From the NCBI RefSeq assembly GCF_000022265.1, contig NC_011979.1:4260001-4292000 (forward strand): a stretch of DNA of 32,000 nucleotides, given 5' to 3'. The notes below the pieces were generated by a model, which saw only the letters and a program-made list of their open reading frames with translations, was not told the origin of the DNA and searched no databases. Source of the DNA: Geotalea daltonii FRC-32. GTDB lineage: Bacteria > Desulfobacterota > Desulfuromonadia > Geobacterales > Geobacteraceae. Both the position numbers and the translations under genes were made by a program. Of the stretch, positions 6,607 to 18,045 are shown piece by piece (the first letter of the stretch is position 1; each line of letters opens with the position of its first letter).

Positions 6607-8970
6607 ATGAGAACATTAAGCCTCCGCACCAAGATTATCTACCGACTGGCCATCATGAGCCTCTGCTCCATGTCGGTCTTGCTCGTTATCATGCACCGCT
6701 ATGTGTCACACTCCTTCCGGGCTGACCTGATCAATCGGGGTAAATTTCTCGCCCATACCATCGGCGACCAGAGCGCTACGCCAATCCTGACGCAAAAATT
6801 CCTCGCCCTGGGGTTGATGCTTGCCGATGCAAAGGGAGTCAACAAGGACCTGGCATATCTTTTCATAACTGACCGGACAGGCCATGTTATTGCCCACACC
6901 TTCGGTGATGCCTTCCCCACGGACCTGAAAAAGGCCACTCACTCTGACAAGAAATCGCTGCACCGCATAAATATGGATGGGCATGATATCTCCGACATTA
7001 CTTCCCCTATTTTGAGCGGTACCCTCGGCACAATCCATGTGGGTATGTCTGAAGACCGCATCAACAGTGAATTGAAGAAGCTGTTTTACATAGCAGCGAC
7101 CGTCATAATCGTCTTTTTCCTTACGGCAGCATGGCTATTGTGGCTTTCCCTGGAAAGGATCATCATTCGTCCCATCAAAAACCTGGAATATACCTTCAAT
7201 AAGGCACAGGAAACCGGCCTGGATGAAGCGGTCACTGTAACTTCCGATGATGAGATCGGCCAGCTGGGCCACTCCTTCAACCAAATGGCGGAACACCTGA
7301 GTGTTGTGGACCTGCAGCGTACCAATGTGATTGCCGAGCTGAACGAATCAAATCAGGCACTTGTGCAGATGATCAGCGAAAGGGAGCAGGCTGAAGCACG
7401 TCTGGCAGAAAGCGAGGAAAAGCTTCGCCTGATCCTCGATTCAGCCGGGGAAGGGATTTTCGGTATAGATGCTCAAGGCTGCTGCACCTTCTGCAACCTG
7501 GCGAGCCTGAGGCTTCTCGGCTATGATAATGCCCAGCAGCTCATCGGCAAAAATGTGCACCAGCATGTTCACCACTCGTCTCAATCCGGCTCCTCTTACC
7601 CGGACAAAGACTGCCGCATCTATAAGACCTTTCTTGATGGTGAACAGGTCCATGCCGACGATGAGATGTTCTGGAAAGCGGACCGGACACCCTTTCCCGT
7701 TGAATACTGGTCCTACCCACAGATCAAGGATGGTAAGATCATCGGCACGGTCGTCACCTTTGTGGACATTTCCCAGCGCAAGCAGGCTGAGGAAGAGAAT
7801 AAAAAGCTCCAGCACATGCTCCTGCAAAGCCAGAAATTGGACGCAATGGGTACGCTTGCCGGAGGCATTGCCCATGATTTCAACAATATTCTGGCCGTTA
7901 TCTGCGGCTATACGGAAATAGCCAGGAAGCGGTGCGGTGACAATGTGAAACTGGCTGACAATTTACAGCAGATCATGATCGCTTCGGACCGTGCCAGGGA
8001 GCTGGTAAAACAGATCCTCACCTTCAGCCGCAAGAGTGAAATCTGCCAGCAGCCACTTCAATTGAGCCCCCTCATAAAAGAGACCCTCAAGCTTATCCGC
8101 TCCTCCATACCCGCAACCATTGAAATCAAGCAGCAACTGGATGTAGACGCTGTTGCCCTTGCAGATCCCACCCAGATCCACCAGGTAGTGATGAATCTCT
8201 GCGCCAATGCCTATCATGCCATGGCGAAGCATGGCGGCATTCTCGCTGTTTCCTTGAAGAAATCCCAATTCAGGGATGCGTTGCAGACCCTTGGCCAGGG
8301 CATACCCCAAGGGGATTATGCTGTCATCGAGGTAAGCGATACCGGTTGCGGCATGGACGAAGAGACCAGGCAGAAGATTTTCGAACCATATTTTTCCACT
8401 AAAGGAAAGGGAAAGGGCTCCGGCCTGGGTCTCGCCGTCGTTCACGGCATTGTCAAGTCCCATGGGGGCAAGATAACCGTTTACAGCGAACCGGGGGCGG
8501 GTTCAACCTTTCGCGTTTACCTGCCGCTTATTGCCGGTCCTGTGAAGATTGAACCGACGGGCAATGAAAAGGCAGTCGGCGCAGGCAATGGAGAACTCAT
8601 TGTTTTTGTCGATGATGAACAGCAGATCAGGGAGATGGCAAGGGAGTTCCTGACCGAACAAGGGTATCTGGTCGAGCTTTACAGCGATGGAGTCCATGCA
8701 CTGGCAGGAATCAAAGACAACCCGTCAGCCTGCAGCCTGCTCGTTACAGACATGGCGATGCCAGGCATGAGCGGCAAGGATCTGGCCCATGAGGTACTCC
8801 GCCTCCGGCCGGACCTGCCTATAATTCTCTGCACCGGTTACAGCGAGCTGATCAACGGGGAATCGGCAAAGTACGCCGGAATCAGGGAATATCTGCAGAA
8901 ACCTGTACCCATGAAAATACTGTGCGAGAAAATCAGGTGGCTGCTGGATGAAACTGCAGTTCAGGTCTAA
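6607..8970 (+). CDS. Hybrid sensor histidine kinase / response regulator (2 TM + periplasmic sensor, HAMP, PAS, HisKA, HATPase_c, REC)
   Basis: 787 aa. The H-box is IAHDFNNIL, the ATPase G-boxes are DTGCGMD and GSGLGLAVV, and the receiver contains [13 protein letters not shown]. There is a PAS-like segment after a coiled coil. The start lies 7 nt after the PhnD-like stop. Confidence 0.9.
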   Translation: MRTLSLRTKIIYRLAIMSLCSMSVLLVIMHRYVSHSFRADLINRGKFLAHTIGDQSATPILTQKFLALGLMLADAKGVNKDLAYLFITDRTGHVIAHTFGDAFPTDLKKATHSDKKSLHRINMDGHDISDITSPILSGTLGTIHVGMSEDRINSELKKLFYIAATVIIVFFLTAAWLLWLSLERIIIRPIKNLEYTFNKAQETGLDEAVTVTSDDEIGQLGHSFNQMAEHLSVVDLQRTNVIAELNESNQALVQMISEREQAEARLAESEEKLRLILDSAGEGIFGIDAQGCCTFCNLASLRLLGYDNAQQLIGKNVHQHVHHSSQSGSSYPDKDCRIYKTFLDGEQVHADDEMFWKADRTPFPVEYWSYPQIKDGKIIGTVVTFVDISQRKQAEEENKKLQHMLLQSQKLDAMGTLAGGIAHDFNNILAVICGYTEIARKRCGDNVKLADNLQQIMIASDRARELVKQILTFSRKSEICQQPLQLSPLIKETLKLIRSSIPATIEIKQQLDVDAVALADPTQIHQVVMNLCANAYHAMAKHGGILAVSLKKSQFRDALQTLGQGIPQGDYAVIEVSDTGCGMDEETRQKIFEPYFSTKGKGKGSGLGLAVVHGIVKSHGGKITVYSEPGAGSTFRVYLPLIAGPVKIEPTGNEKAVGAGNGELIVFVDDEQQIREMAREFLTEQGYLVELYSDGVHALAGIKDNPSACSLLVTDMAMPGMSGKDLAHEVLRLRPDLPIILCTGYSELINGESAKYAGIREYLQKPVPMKILCEKIRWLLDETAVQV

Positions 8971-8972
8971 AG

Positions 8973-9008
8973 AAAAAAGGGGCCGCCAGATAATGGCTGC
9001 CCCTTTTT
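8973..9008. terminator. Bidirectional rho-independent terminator between the kinase (+) and cyclophilin (-)
   Basis: GGGGCCGCC (8979-8987) pairs with GGCTGCCCC (8995-9003) with one mismatch and a 7-nt loop. An A-run precedes it (8973-8978) and a T-run follows (9004-9008). Confidence 0.75.
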
Positions 9009-9031
9009 AGTTGTGGTGCTGTTATATCTCT

Positions 9032-9613
9032 TTATTTGACCAGCTTCATGGATTTTATGACGACCGTTGTTTCTGGTACGTCGGCGAAGCCTTTCTGCGT
9101 GCCGGTTTTCACTGCCGCTATCTTGTCCACCACGTCCATCCCTTCAATTACTTTGCCGAAAACTGCATAGCCAAAACCACGGGGCGTATTGTCCGTGTGA
9201 TTGAGGAAGCCGTTGTTCACCACGTTGATGAAAAACTGGGAGGTGGCTGAGTCGACCATCATGGTGCGGGCCATGGCCAGGGTGCCCCGGTCATTTTTCA
9301 AACCGTTGCCGGCCTCATTCTTGATCGGCGCCTTGCCGGATTTCATCTTCAAGCCCTCGGTAAACCCTCCCCCCTGGATCATGAAGTTGGGAATGACCCG
9401 GTGGAAGATGGTACCGTTGTAATAACCATCGTTGGTGTAATCCAGGAAGTTCTTGACACTGATGGGAGCCTCCTTCTGGAAAAGCTCCATTTTTACCGTT
9501 CCCAGATTCGTCTCCATTACCACCACCGGATTTTTTCCTTTGGTGTCTGCCGCCCCAGCCGTTGCCGACAGGCAGAGCCCCATGAGAATTGCGACTGCAA
9601 GTTTCCTCAGCAT
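9032..9613 (-). CDS. ppiA: Periplasmic cyclophilin-type peptidyl-prolyl cis-trans isomerase
   Basis: Signal peptide [21 protein letters not shown] followed by cyclophilin motifs [15 protein letters not shown] and GTLAMAR. Confidence 0.9.
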   Translation of the reverse strand: MLRKLAVAILMGLCLSATAGAADTKGKNPVVVMETNLGTVKMELFQKEAPISVKNFLDYTNDGYYNGTIFHRVIPNFMIQGGGFTEGLKMKSGKAPIKNEAGNGLKNDRGTLAMARTMMVDSATSQFFINVVNNGFLNHTDNTPRGFGYAVFGKVIEGMDVVDKIAAVKTGTQKGFADVPETTVVIKSMKLVK

Positions 9614-9761
9614 GTTTATCTTACCTCCTTGGAATTTTGGTCATGGTTTTATATAAGCCAATCTTGCCACCGGGTCAACAGTTGTTAATCTGTAAAAGAT
9701 AAGTTAAAGATTGACATATCCTATACAGATGACGAAAATAACCGGCTGTTAAGCAGCTGTA

Positions 9762-11198
9762 ATGATCATGCCGATTCAGGAGGAAGAGTTGCAGATAAAA
9801 TTCGGAACCGACGGGTGGCGCGGAGTAATTGCCAGGGAATTTACCTTCGAAAACCTTTCGCTTGTGGCTCAGACGACCATGGATTACCTGCACCGGGAAA
9901 ACCTGGCCGGCAAAGGGCTCGTCATTGGCTATGACAGGCGTTTTCTATCACGAGAGTTTGCCGAGCGGGTGGCAGAGATTGCTGCTGGCAACGGCATTAC
10001 GACGTGGCTGACCGACGGCTATGCCCCGACCCCGGCAGTGTCCTGGGCCGTACATGAACGGCAGGCCGGTGCCGGGATCATGATTACCGCCAGCCATAAT
10101 CCTGCCATATATAATGGCTTCAAGGTCAAGGAATCCTTTGGCGGTTCGGCCCGCCCTTCCACAACCAAGGTGCTGGAAGAGATGGTAGCTGCCAATAAGG
10201 CCGACAACCGGGCTGTTGTTTCACAACCACTGGCAGAGGCGATCAACAGCGGCAAGGTAACCCTTGTCAATGCCAGAGAGCCCTACTTCCGGCAACTTTC
10301 CCGCTACGTCGACCTGGAGGCAATCCGCAAGGCGGACATAAAGGCGGTTGTCGACCCCATGTACGGCGCCGGCACCGGCTTTATCCCCGAGCTCCTGCCG
10401 GGAATCGCCGAGATACACACCCTGGATAACCCCTCTTTCGGCGGGCAGCCACCGGAGCCCATTGAGGAACACCTGCAGGAACTTTCACTTCTGGTGAAGA
10501 GCGGTCTCTACAGGGTCGGCTTGGCCCTGGACGGCGATGCGGACCGCATCGGCGCCGTTGATGAGACCGGTGAGTTTTTCTCATCCCATCGGATATTTAC
10601 CGTTCTCCTGCGCCACCTTTATGAACGGAAAGGTCTCCGGGGCGGCGTGGTGAAGACTGTTTCCACGACCCGCATGATCGACCTGCTGGCGGAAAAGTAT
10701 GGCCTGACCCTCCAGGAGACACCCATCGGTTTCAAGCACATCTGCGAGCTGATGCTGGGAAACGACATCCTCATGGGGGGCGAAGAGTCCGGCGGACTCG
10801 GCGTCAAGGGACATATACCCGAACGTGACGGCATTCTCATGGGGCTGCTGCTGCTTGAGGCAATGGCCATGAGCGGCAAGGGACTGCGTCAGCTGCTGGA
10901 TGAGACCATGGATGAGATCGGCCACTTCTACTACCAGCGTATCGATGCACCTATCGACAACGCTGCCAAGGAACGCCTCATCGACAAGTTGAAGGCCGGA
11001 GGAATAAAAGCGATTGCCTCCAGACCGGTTGCCGCCGAAAATTTCAAGGACGGCTTCAAATATATTTTTGCCGACGGCTCTTGGCTTCTGATCCGGCCAT
11101 CCGGCACAGAACCTGTTCTGCGGCTTTATAGCGAGTCCAATGATCCCGGTATTGTCCGGGAACTTCTGGCAGCAGGACGGGAAATTGCCGGCATTTGA
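9762..11198 (+). CDS. Phosphoglucomutase/phosphomannomutase family protein
   Basis: Active-site Ser loop ITASHNPAIYNGFK, metal loop ALDGDADR and sugar loop GGEESGG. The start is ambiguous between ATG 9762 and ATG 9768. Confidence 0.9.
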   Translation: MIMPIQEEELQIKFGTDGWRGVIAREFTFENLSLVAQTTMDYLHRENLAGKGLVIGYDRRFLSREFAERVAEIAAGNGITTWLTDGYAPTPAVSWAVHERQAGAGIMITASHNPAIYNGFKVKESFGGSARPSTTKVLEEMVAANKADNRAVVSQPLAEAINSGKVTLVNAREPYFRQLSRYVDLEAIRKADIKAVVDPMYGAGTGFIPELLPGIAEIHTLDNPSFGGQPPEPIEEHLQELSLLVKSGLYRVGLALDGDADRIGAVDETGEFFSSHRIFTVLLRHLYERKGLRGGVVKTVSTTRMIDLLAEKYGLTLQETPIGFKHICELMLGNDILMGGEESGGLGVKGHIPERDGILMGLLLLEAMAMSGKGLRQLLDETMDEIGHFYYQRIDAPIDNAAKERLIDKLKAGGIKAIASRPVAAENFKDGFKYIFADGSWLLIRPSGTEPVLRLYSESNDPGIVRELLAAGREIAGI

Positions 11199-11213
11199 TC
11201 ATGAATAAAAAGC

Positions 11214-11242
11214 TTGACATGATTTTGCGAAACTCGTAATCT
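11214..11242 (+). promoter_or_regulatory. Candidate sigma70 promoter of cspA
   Basis: TTGACA (11214-11219), a 17-nt spacer, then TAATCT (11237-11242). This would leave a leader of about 55-60 nt before ATG 11307. Confidence 0.5.
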
Positions 11243-11306
11243 CGTCTGACGTTCAGAGGTCTTAACCCCTGAATAAAATTAACACAGCAGTAGGAGAAAG
11301 TACGAA

Positions 11307-11507
11307 ATGGCAAATGGTACAGTAAAATGGTTCAATGACAGCAAGGGTTTTGGTTTTATCGAGCAGGATAATGGTGAGGATGTATTCGTGCATTTCTCCG
11401 CGATCATGGGCGATGGTTTCAAATCTCTGACAGAAGGCGAAGCAGTTACATTCGAAGTACAGAAAGGCCCGAAAGGTCTGCAGGCAGCGAACGTCGTCAG
11501 AGGTTAA
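11307..11507 (+). CDS. cspA: Cold-shock protein (CspA family)
   Basis: 66 aa with RNP1 KGFGFI and RNP2 VFVHF motifs. GGAGAA lies upstream of the start. Confidence 0.95.
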   Translation: MANGTVKWFNDSKGFGFIEQDNGEDVFVHFSAIMGDGFKSLTEGEAVTFEVQKGPKGLQAANVVRG

Positions 11508-11527
11508 ACAACAATCTTCAAACGACC

Positions 11528-11560
11528 AAAAGCCCCGGAGCGATCCGGGGCTTTTTTTTT
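11528..11560 (+). terminator. Rho-independent terminator of cspA
   Basis: GCCCCGGA (11532-11539) pairs with TCCGGGGC (11544-11551) around a 4-nt loop. It is followed by T9 (11552-11560). Confidence 0.85.
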
Positions 11561-11644
11561 ACCACCGTCGGTGCCTGGCCAGGCTGGTCACTCCTGCCTG
11601 CTGCGGTATTATTATTAATATGTAATAGTTGTGGAGCATAACCA

Positions 11645-14521
11645 ATGGCTACTGACAAGATCGTTATCAAGGGCGCTTGCGAGCATAATCTCAAGTGCAT
11701 TGATGTGGAAATACCCCGTGACCAGCTCGTTGTCATTACCGGCATCTCCGGTTCCGGCAAGTCGACCCTGGCGTTCGACACCATTTATGCTGAAGGGCAA
11801 CGGCGCTATGTTGAATCACTTTCAGCCTATGCCCGACAATTCCTGGAACAGATGGAAAAACCGGATGTCGAATCCATCGAAGGCTTGAGCCCGGCCATCT
11901 CCATCGAACAGAAAACCACCAGCAAGAATCCCCGGTCCACCGTCGGCACGGTCACGGAAATCTATGACTACCTGCGCCTGCTTTTTGCCCGGGTCGGCAA
12001 GCCCCACTGTTACAACTGCGGCAAGGAGATAGCCGCCCAGACGGTGAGCCAGATGGTCGACCAGATCATGACGCTTCCTGCCGGAACCAAAATCAATCTG
12101 CTCTCCCCCATGATCCGCGGCCGCAAAGGGGAGTACCGCAAAGAACTGTCCCAGTTGAGCAAAGACGGTTTTGCCCGGGTGATCATCGATAATGTTCCTT
12201 ATGACCTTGCCGATGAGATCGCCCTGGACAAGAACAAGAAGCATGACATCGATATCGTCGTCGACCGGCTGGTGATAAAGGAGGGTATCCAGCGCCGGCT
12301 CGCCGATTCACTTGCTACAGCCCTCAATCACGCGGAGGGAATAGTCAAGGTCGCCGTTCAGGAGTACCCCCCTGTTGCATCGGAAGAGCCTGCCGGGAAA
12401 AAGCCGAAAAAGGAAAAATCCCTCTGGCAGGACGTTATGCTTTTTTCAGAAAGCTTCGCCTGCATCGACTGTGGCATCTCCTATCCGGAGATGACCCCGC
12501 GCATGTTCTCCTTCAACAACCCGTATGGTGCCTGCCCTGACTGTACCGGTCTCGGTACCCGCATGTATTTCGATGCCGAACTGGTTATCCCCAATCCGGA
12601 TCTTTCCATCCGGGAAGGGGCTATCGCACCATGGGAAAAGAGGCTCTCCGGCTGGTACCACCTGACCCTGGAGGCCCTGGCCAAAGCCTATAAGTTTGAC
12701 ATTCGCACCCCCTTCCGAAAATTGTCCGCCAAGGCTCAGGACATCATCCTCAATGGATCAAAAGGCGAAAAGGTTGAATTCTGGTGGGAGGAGGACGGCG
12801 GCCGCAAGCATACCTACCACAAGGAGTTCGAGGGAGTGCTGAACAACCTGGAGCGGCGCTACCGGGAAAGCGAATCGGACCTGGTGCGGGAAGAACTGGA
12901 AAAATACATGAATGTCATGCCCTGCCCCACCTGCCAGGGAGCGCGGCTGAAGAAGGAAGCGCTGTTCGTCAGGATTGATGGCCACAACATCTGCGATGTC
13001 ACCGCCCTTTCCATCAAGGATGCCCTGGAGTTTTTCGCCACCCTGCACCTGAGCCCCAAGGAAGAGGAGATTGCCCGCCGCATTTTCAAGGAGATCAGGG
13101 AACGACTCCATTTCCTCGTCAACGTCGGCCTCGATTACCTCTCCCTTGACCGCTCTTCCGGCACCCTTTCAGGAGGTGAAGGGCAGCGCATCAGGCTCGC
13201 TACCCAGATCGGCTCCAGCCTTGTCGGAGTCCTCTACATCCTCGATGAACCTTCCATTGGCCTGCATCAACGGGACAACGCCCGGCTGCTTCAAACCCTG
13301 AAGCACATGCGCGACCTGGGCAATACGGTACTGGTGGTGGAGCATGACGAGGAGACGATCCTGGAAGCCGATCACGTCATCGACATGGGGCCTGGAGCGG
13401 GCATCCACGGCGGACGGGTGGTCGCCCAGGGAACGCCGGCCGAGATCATGGAGAATCCGCAGTCTTTGACCGGCAAATACCTGTCCGGAAAACTTATCAT
13501 AGAAGTGCCAAAAGAGCGGCGCAAGGCGTCCAAATTCCTCAGCATCATCGGCGCCAGCGAGAATAATCTGAACGAGGTGGAGGTGGACATACCGCTGGGG
13601 GTTCTTACCTGCGTTACCGGTGTCTCCGGTTCGGGCAAGTCGACCCTGGTCATCGATACCCTGTACAAAGTCCTTTGCCAACGGCTCTACCGGAGCCGTG
13701 AAAAGGCGGGTGCCGTTAAGGAGATCCAAGGACTTGAGGCCCTGGACAAGGTGATCAACATCGATCAATCCCCCATCGGCCGGACGCCACGTTCCAATCC
13801 GGCCACCTACACCGGGGTTTTCGCCGATATCCGCGATATCTTCGCCCAACTGCCGGAATCAAAGGTCAGGGGTTACAAGCCGGGGCGCTATTCCTTCAAC
13901 GTTAAGGGGGGGCGCTGTGAGGCCTGCTCCGGGGACGGCATCATCAAGATCGAAATGCACTTCCTTCCCGATGTCTATGTCCAGTGCGAGGTCTGCAAGG
14001 GTGCCCGCTACAACCGCGAGACACTGGAGGTACTCTACAAGGGAAGATCCATTGCTGACGTGCTGGACATGACCGTCTCCCAGGCGCTGCAGTTCATGGA
14101 GCATATTCCCAGGATCAAGAACAAGCTGAAGACCCTGGAGGAAGTGGGGCTGGGCTATATCAGGCTGGGCCAAGCCGCCACCACCCTTTCCGGGGGCGAG
14201 GCGCAGCGGGTCAAACTTGCCAAGGAGCTGTCGAAGCGTGCCACCGGCAGGACCATCTATATCCTGGACGAACCAACCACCGGCCTCCACTTCGCCGATA
14301 TTCACAAGCTGCTGGAAGTGCTGCACAAGCTGGTGGAAGGGGGAAACACCATCGTCATCATCGAGCACAACCTGGACGTCATCAAGACCGCCGACCACAT
14401 CATCGATATTGGCCCGGAAGGGGGAGACCGGGGTGGCAAGATCGTCGCCACCGGTACGCCGGAGGAAGTGGCAAAGGTAACCGGTTCCTATACTGGGATG
14501 TTTTTAAGGAAATTGCTGTAA
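11645..14521 (+). CDS. uvrA: Excinuclease ABC subunit A
   Basis: 958 aa with two ABC ATPase modules (GISGSGKST and GVSGSGKST; LSGGE signatures twice) and zinc-finger Cys clusters (CIDCG...[12 protein letters not shown]...CEVC). Confidence 0.97.
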   Translation: MATDKIVIKGACEHNLKCIDVEIPRDQLVVITGISGSGKSTLAFDTIYAEGQRRYVESLSAYARQFLEQMEKPDVESIEGLSPAISIEQKTTSKNPRSTVGTVTEIYDYLRLLFARVGKPHCYNCGKEIAAQTVSQMVDQIMTLPAGTKINLLSPMIRGRKGEYRKELSQLSKDGFARVIIDNVPYDLADEIALDKNKKHDIDIVVDRLVIKEGIQRRLADSLATALNHAEGIVKVAVQEYPPVASEEPAGKKPKKEKSLWQDVMLFSESFACIDCGISYPEMTPRMFSFNNPYGACPDCTGLGTRMYFDAELVIPNPDLSIREGAIAPWEKRLSGWYHLTLEALAKAYKFDIRTPFRKLSAKAQDIILNGSKGEKVEFWWEEDGGRKHTYHKEFEGVLNNLERRYRESESDLVREELEKYMNVMPCPTCQGARLKKEALFVRIDGHNICDVTALSIKDALEFFATLHLSPKEEEIARRIFKEIRERLHFLVNVGLDYLSLDRSSGTLSGGEGQRIRLATQIGSSLVGVLYILDEPSIGLHQRDNARLLQTLKHMRDLGNTVLVVEHDEETILEADHVIDMGPGAGIHGGRVVAQGTPAEIMENPQSLTGKYLSGKLIIEVPKERRKASKFLSIIGASENNLNEVEVDIPLGVLTCVTGVSGSGKSTLVIDTLYKVLCQRLYRSREKAGAVKEIQGLEALDKVINIDQSPIGRTPRSNPATYTGVFADIRDIFAQLPESKVRGYKPGRYSFNVKGGRCEACSGDGIIKIEMHFLPDVYVQCEVCKGARYNRETLEVLYKGRSIADVLDMTVSQALQFMEHIPRIKNKLKTLEEVGLGYIRLGQAATTLSGGEAQRVKLAKELSKRATGRTIYILDEPTTGLHFADIHKLLEVLHKLVEGGNTIVIIEHNLDVIKTADHIIDIGPEGGDRGGKIVATGTPEEVAKVTGSYTGMFLRKLL

Positions 14522-15469
14522 ATGAATGAATTCAGCGTAAAATTGGATAGTGAAACCCGCCGGGCTACGCCATGGCTGATTCTCACCACCTTCCTCTGGG
14601 GTGGCAGCTTTGTCTTCAACAAGATCGGCTTCAGGGAAATCCCCCCCGTCACCTTTCTGTTCCTTCGTTTTCTGTTGGCTGCGGTTATGATGGCCCTGGT
14701 CTGCCTTCCCAGGCTCAAGAAGATCAACCGCGACATTGTCAGGCGAGGAGCCATGGTGGGGATAGCCCTTACTGCCGCAAATCTCTCCTTTGTCATCGGA
14801 GTCAGCGGCACCAGCGCCACCAGAGCCGGTTTTCTCAACAATCTGTTCGTACTTGTGGTACCGCTTTTATGTTACCTCATCTGGCGTGACAAGGTTGACC
14901 GGCTGACCTTTGCCGGCCTCTGCCTGGCCGTATCCGGCATAATTGCCCTCGCTGCCGGCGGCGGCTTCAGCAGGGGAGATATCTTCTCCACAATCTGCGC
15001 CCTTTTCATCGCCCTTCACATCATTTCCGTGTCCAAGGTCCTCCGCAGCAATGACGACGTCTACCTCATCACCCTGTTCCAATTTATCACCGTCACCATA
15101 CTCGGCGGCTTGCTGGTTCTGATCCTCCCACAGCCTGAGTTTCACATGGGGCCCGTGTCCGCCGGTGCATTGTTTTACTGTGCGCTATTTCCCACCGTCA
15201 TTTGTTTTACCGTTCAGAATACCTTTCAGCGCTTCACCACACCCACCAGGGCCAGTCTTATTTATACGCTGGACCCGGTCTGGAGCATGCTGGGAGGGTT
15301 TGCGCTGCTCGGGGAGCGGTTGGGGGTGTGGGAAGCGCTGGGCTGTGTCCTTATTTTCAGCTCGGTGGTGATGCCCCTGACGGTCAAGCTGGTGGCGGAA
15401 CGGCGGGCGCTGCGGCTCTATCTGAATCAGGAGCGGCAGACGGAAGAAGCTGAAGCGTCCGGCAGTTAA
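14522..15469 (+). CDS. EamA/DMT-family transporter
   Basis: 315 aa with about 10 predicted TM helices in two EamA-like halves. The ATG follows the uvrA TAA directly (TAAATG). Confidence 0.8.
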   Translation: MNEFSVKLDSETRRATPWLILTTFLWGGSFVFNKIGFREIPPVTFLFLRFLLAAVMMALVCLPRLKKINRDIVRRGAMVGIALTAANLSFVIGVSGTSATRAGFLNNLFVLVVPLLCYLIWRDKVDRLTFAGLCLAVSGIIALAAGGGFSRGDIFSTICALFIALHIISVSKVLRSNDDVYLITLFQFITVTILGGLLVLILPQPEFHMGPVSAGALFYCALFPTVICFTVQNTFQRFTTPTRASLIYTLDPVWSMLGGFALLGERLGVWEALGCVLIFSSVVMPLTVKLVAERRALRLYLNQERQTEEAEASGS

Positions 15470-16476
15470 AATCTCCTGGTAAGGGCCAGATGGAGGGCCA
15501 CATCAGGGGAGGTATAGACCGCCAAGTCTTCGGAAACGCCGATATCGAGGAAGGTCGTGGGGGAAAAGGCGATGGTCCCCCCCATGATCAGCTGTACTGC
15601 ACTGTCCCCCAGCTCGGGAAGGCTGCTGTCGCCATAGAAGGGAGTGTGGGCGGAAAGCTGGGTTTTAAAAGCAATGACATCGGCAGGACTCCAGCCGATG
15701 CCGATCGTACCGAAACCGACCAGGTTATTCTGCTGCTCCTTCAGTACCTTGCCATCGGTCATGGCCATCCCCCCTGCAGCGCCGAAGATGGTCCAGTGTC
15801 CCCATTTTTCCAAGGCATTATCGCGGCTGCCGGTTATCCAGATGGCCAGATCGGTGCTGCCGCTGCCGTGAAGCTTGGCACTGCTGCCAGTGGGGATTTT
15901 CAGGCTGGTGCGGAGCGTCGCCGCGCCGGGGCCATTCCCATAGATCTGATATGCCGCCGACAGCCGCACGTCGCCAATGCCGAAACTGGAATCATCCACC
16001 CTGAGCCGCTCCACCCCGTCCTTCTCATAGCTGTAGAGAAGCCGGTTACGCGGTGCCTCCTTGCGTCCCCCTTGGGGAAGACCGAAGAAATCGTGCCACC
16101 CCTCGATGAAACCGTCGGAAATGCCGCCCCCATGGCCGATCAGCGGCACATCCAGCCCCACCTCCACCCCCTGTGCCGCTCCGTAGCGTAGGGCAACAGT
16201 TGTCCGTTCACTCTCTCCATCAAGGAGTATTCCTTCTCGGGTCGCCACATCTATGGACTTGGCATAATTGGAGGCCATGTCTTGGGCAATGGTCACTTCG
16301 GCACGACCGGAAGCAGCAATAACGGCATTCCCTGCGGCAGGAAGGCCAAATATCTGTACCAAGGGGCTTTGATTCTGGGTGTAGAAGGGAGTTATTTCGA
16401 CAGCTGGGGCCTCATCCGCCCCCAAAAAGACAAGACAACCAAAGGCAAGCACAGGGAGCAGGCGATTTTTTTTCAT
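15466..16476 (-). CDS. Outer-membrane beta-barrel protein of unknown function (DUF3187-like, from memory)
   Basis: Signal peptide MKKNRLLPVLAFGCLVFLGA. The body has an alternating beta-strand pattern, is Gly/aromatic rich, and ends in the terminal residue F (…LALTRRF), as is typical of OMPs. Its stop overlaps the eamA stop within TTAA 15466-15469. Confidence 0.6.
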   Translation of the reverse strand: MKKNRLLPVLAFGCLVFLGADEAPAVEITPFYTQNQSPLVQIFGLPAAGNAVIAASGRAEVTIAQDMASNYAKSIDVATREGILLDGESERTTVALRYGAAQGVEVGLDVPLIGHGGGISDGFIEGWHDFFGLPQGGRKEAPRNRLLYSYEKDGVERLRVDDSSFGIGDVRLSAAYQIYGNGPGAATLRTSLKIPTGSSAKLHGSGSTDLAIWITGSRDNALEKWGHWTIFGAAGGMAMTDGKVLKEQQNNLVGFGTIGIGWSPADVIAFKTQLSAHTPFYGDSSLPELGDSAVQLIMGGTIAFSPTTFLDIGVSEDLAVYTSPDVALHLALTRRF

Positions 16477-16494
16477 GGAGACCTTTGCATGCTA

Positions 16495-16527
16495 CTGCAG
16501 CCCTGACCGCACGCATCAGGGCTGCAG
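16495..16527 (-). other. Perfect 12-bp intercistronic stem-loop between the two OMP genes
   Basis: CTGCAGCCCTGA (16495-16506) pairs with TCAGGGCTGCAG (16516-16527) around a 9-nt loop. It is centred in the 69-nt gap, 18 nt from each gene. No U-tract follows on the - strand. Confidence 0.5.
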
Positions 16528-16545
16528 CGAAGAAATCTGCGGCCA

Positions 16546-18045
16546 TTAAAAGAGGAAATTGATCTGAGTCTGGACACGTGCTTCCTGGGGATAGGATTTG
16601 TCCTTATATTCAGCTGTATCTAAACCATAGGCTCCATCGATGTCAAGATTTATCCATTTGGTGCCGAAGGTAAGGCCTGCCGTGGCGGTCGGGCCGATTC
16701 CCTTTTCGGCAATATTGCTGTACATGCCGCCGCGCAGCTTGAACCATGAGAAATAGTGCCACTCAAAACCACCACCTATGTTGCGACTTTTATAGTTGTC
16801 GGAAGACAGCACCGTTTCATTGTCGGTCAGGTCCACGTCAGCTGCCAGCGTGAGCCAAGTCAAAGGATCGATGGATACCCCCATCCTGACCTGAGGCTTC
16901 AGTTTCACGTTGCCGCCACTTCCCGGCACGACATTTCCGTTTTTGTCTTTCAGATCGGGGGCGTCGAATTTCGGGGAATTCAGATGCTTGGCGACTATAC
17001 CCACACTGACCCAATCCTTAGGACGCCAAAGCGCACCAAGATCAACGCCCAGGGCAGTGGAATCCTTGAAATTATCAGTCATGTCGCTGACAATGTCGCT
17101 GGATTCAACGTTTGTACCACTTTTGAGTAAGTAGGTTTGGGATTGGTAGACACGACCGGTCAGGATCTTGGCCGTAGCACCGATGCCAAGGGTGCCGAAT
17201 GCGCCTAAAGGAACGGCATGCCCGTATGATAGCGGAAACTCTATATAGGCAAGGCTCTTGGTCAAAACAGAAGAAGTATTGTTGTCCAAGGTCTTTGTCC
17301 CAGGATTGGCAAGAGTTTGTCCCATGGTTATCAAGCTGCTGGTTGCAGCCTGGTTGGAAATACCCGAACCGGCCAACTGGGCATCGGCAGCATTGATTAT
17401 GTCCTGGGCCTGGGCTGGGGTAAATTGATTGTTGGTAGTCAGCGCCATCTGGATATCCGTTCTCTGCTGCTGGCTGAAAAAGATGTTCGATGCAGCACTG
17501 CCGGCGACCGGCGTCGCCAGATCATTAGGGGTGATTGCTGCTGTGGTGGTCCCTGCGTTCGGCAGTATGTTGGTGGTATCCGGCACAGGTTGGGCAAATC
17601 CCTCAAAAGTGCCGAAGGCGCCGAAGGCAAAATGTTTGATCTGAAAACCGACCACTGCATTGCCGTTTACTGCCAGTGTGCCCTTTTTTTCCTCTATGTC
17701 GCCAAGGATGGAAAGAGCCTTGATGGTGTCCGTCACCGTCTGGGCGGTGGCAGAGCCAGCATTGTACTTGCTGAAGGTGTCGAAGTCGAGCTCGCTGAGC
17801 CTGTCCACATTGTCAGCCAAACCTTCATTCACCTTCAGCCCGACACTCGCGTCGACTCTACTGGAAAAGGACTTATCATTGAAAGCAAGTCCTGCCGGGT
17901 TCCAGTAAGGCGCATGGGAATCGAAGGTCCGGGCAACCCCGGCACCACCAATACCCAAAGTCCCCATAGGCTGAAATTCAGCGGCCAACGACGTGCCTGA
18001 CATGATTACGGCCAATGTGCAGGTGCTAAGCCAGATTCTTTTCAT
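16546..18045 (-). CDS. Outer-membrane beta-barrel protein, TraF_2-like family (unknown function; no conjugation genes nearby)
   Basis: Signal peptide MKRIWLSTCTLAVIMSGTSLAA, an N-terminal GIGGAGVAR...YWNPAGLAF motif, and C-terminal ...QINFLF. The ORF track starts at 18063. I prefer ATG 18045 because AAGGGGGA sits 5 nt upstream of it. Confidence 0.6.
   Translation of the reverse strand: MKRIWLSTCTLAVIMSGTSLAAEFQPMGTLGIGGAGVARTFDSHAPYWNPAGLAFNDKSFSSRVDASVGLKVNEGLADNVDRLSELDFDTFSKYNAGSATAQTVTDTIKALSILGDIEEKKGTLAVNGNAVVGFQIKHFAFGAFGTFEGFAQPVPDTTNILPNAGTTTAAITPNDLATPVAGSAASNIFFSQQQRTDIQMALTTNNQFTPAQAQDIINAADAQLAGSGISNQAATSSLITMGQTLANPGTKTLDNNTSSVLTKSLAYIEFPLSYGHAVPLGAFGTLGIGATAKILTGRVYQSQTYLLKSGTNVESSDIVSDMTDNFKDSTALGVDLGALWRPKDWVSVGIVAKHLNSPKFDAPDLKDKNGNVVPGSGGNVKLKPQVRMGVSIDPLTWLTLAADVDLTDNETVLSSDNYKSRNIGGGFEWHYFSWFKLRGGMYSNIAEKGIGPTATAGLTFGTKWINLDIDGAYGLDTAEYKDKSYPQEARVQTQINFLF

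Noticed and set aside
15490-16191. 233-aa + strand ORF, and the 227-aa ORF at 17317-18000
   Set aside because: They are opposite the two OMP genes. The - strand products have signal peptides, beta-barrel periodicity and C-terminal Phe, whereas the + strand translations have none of these.
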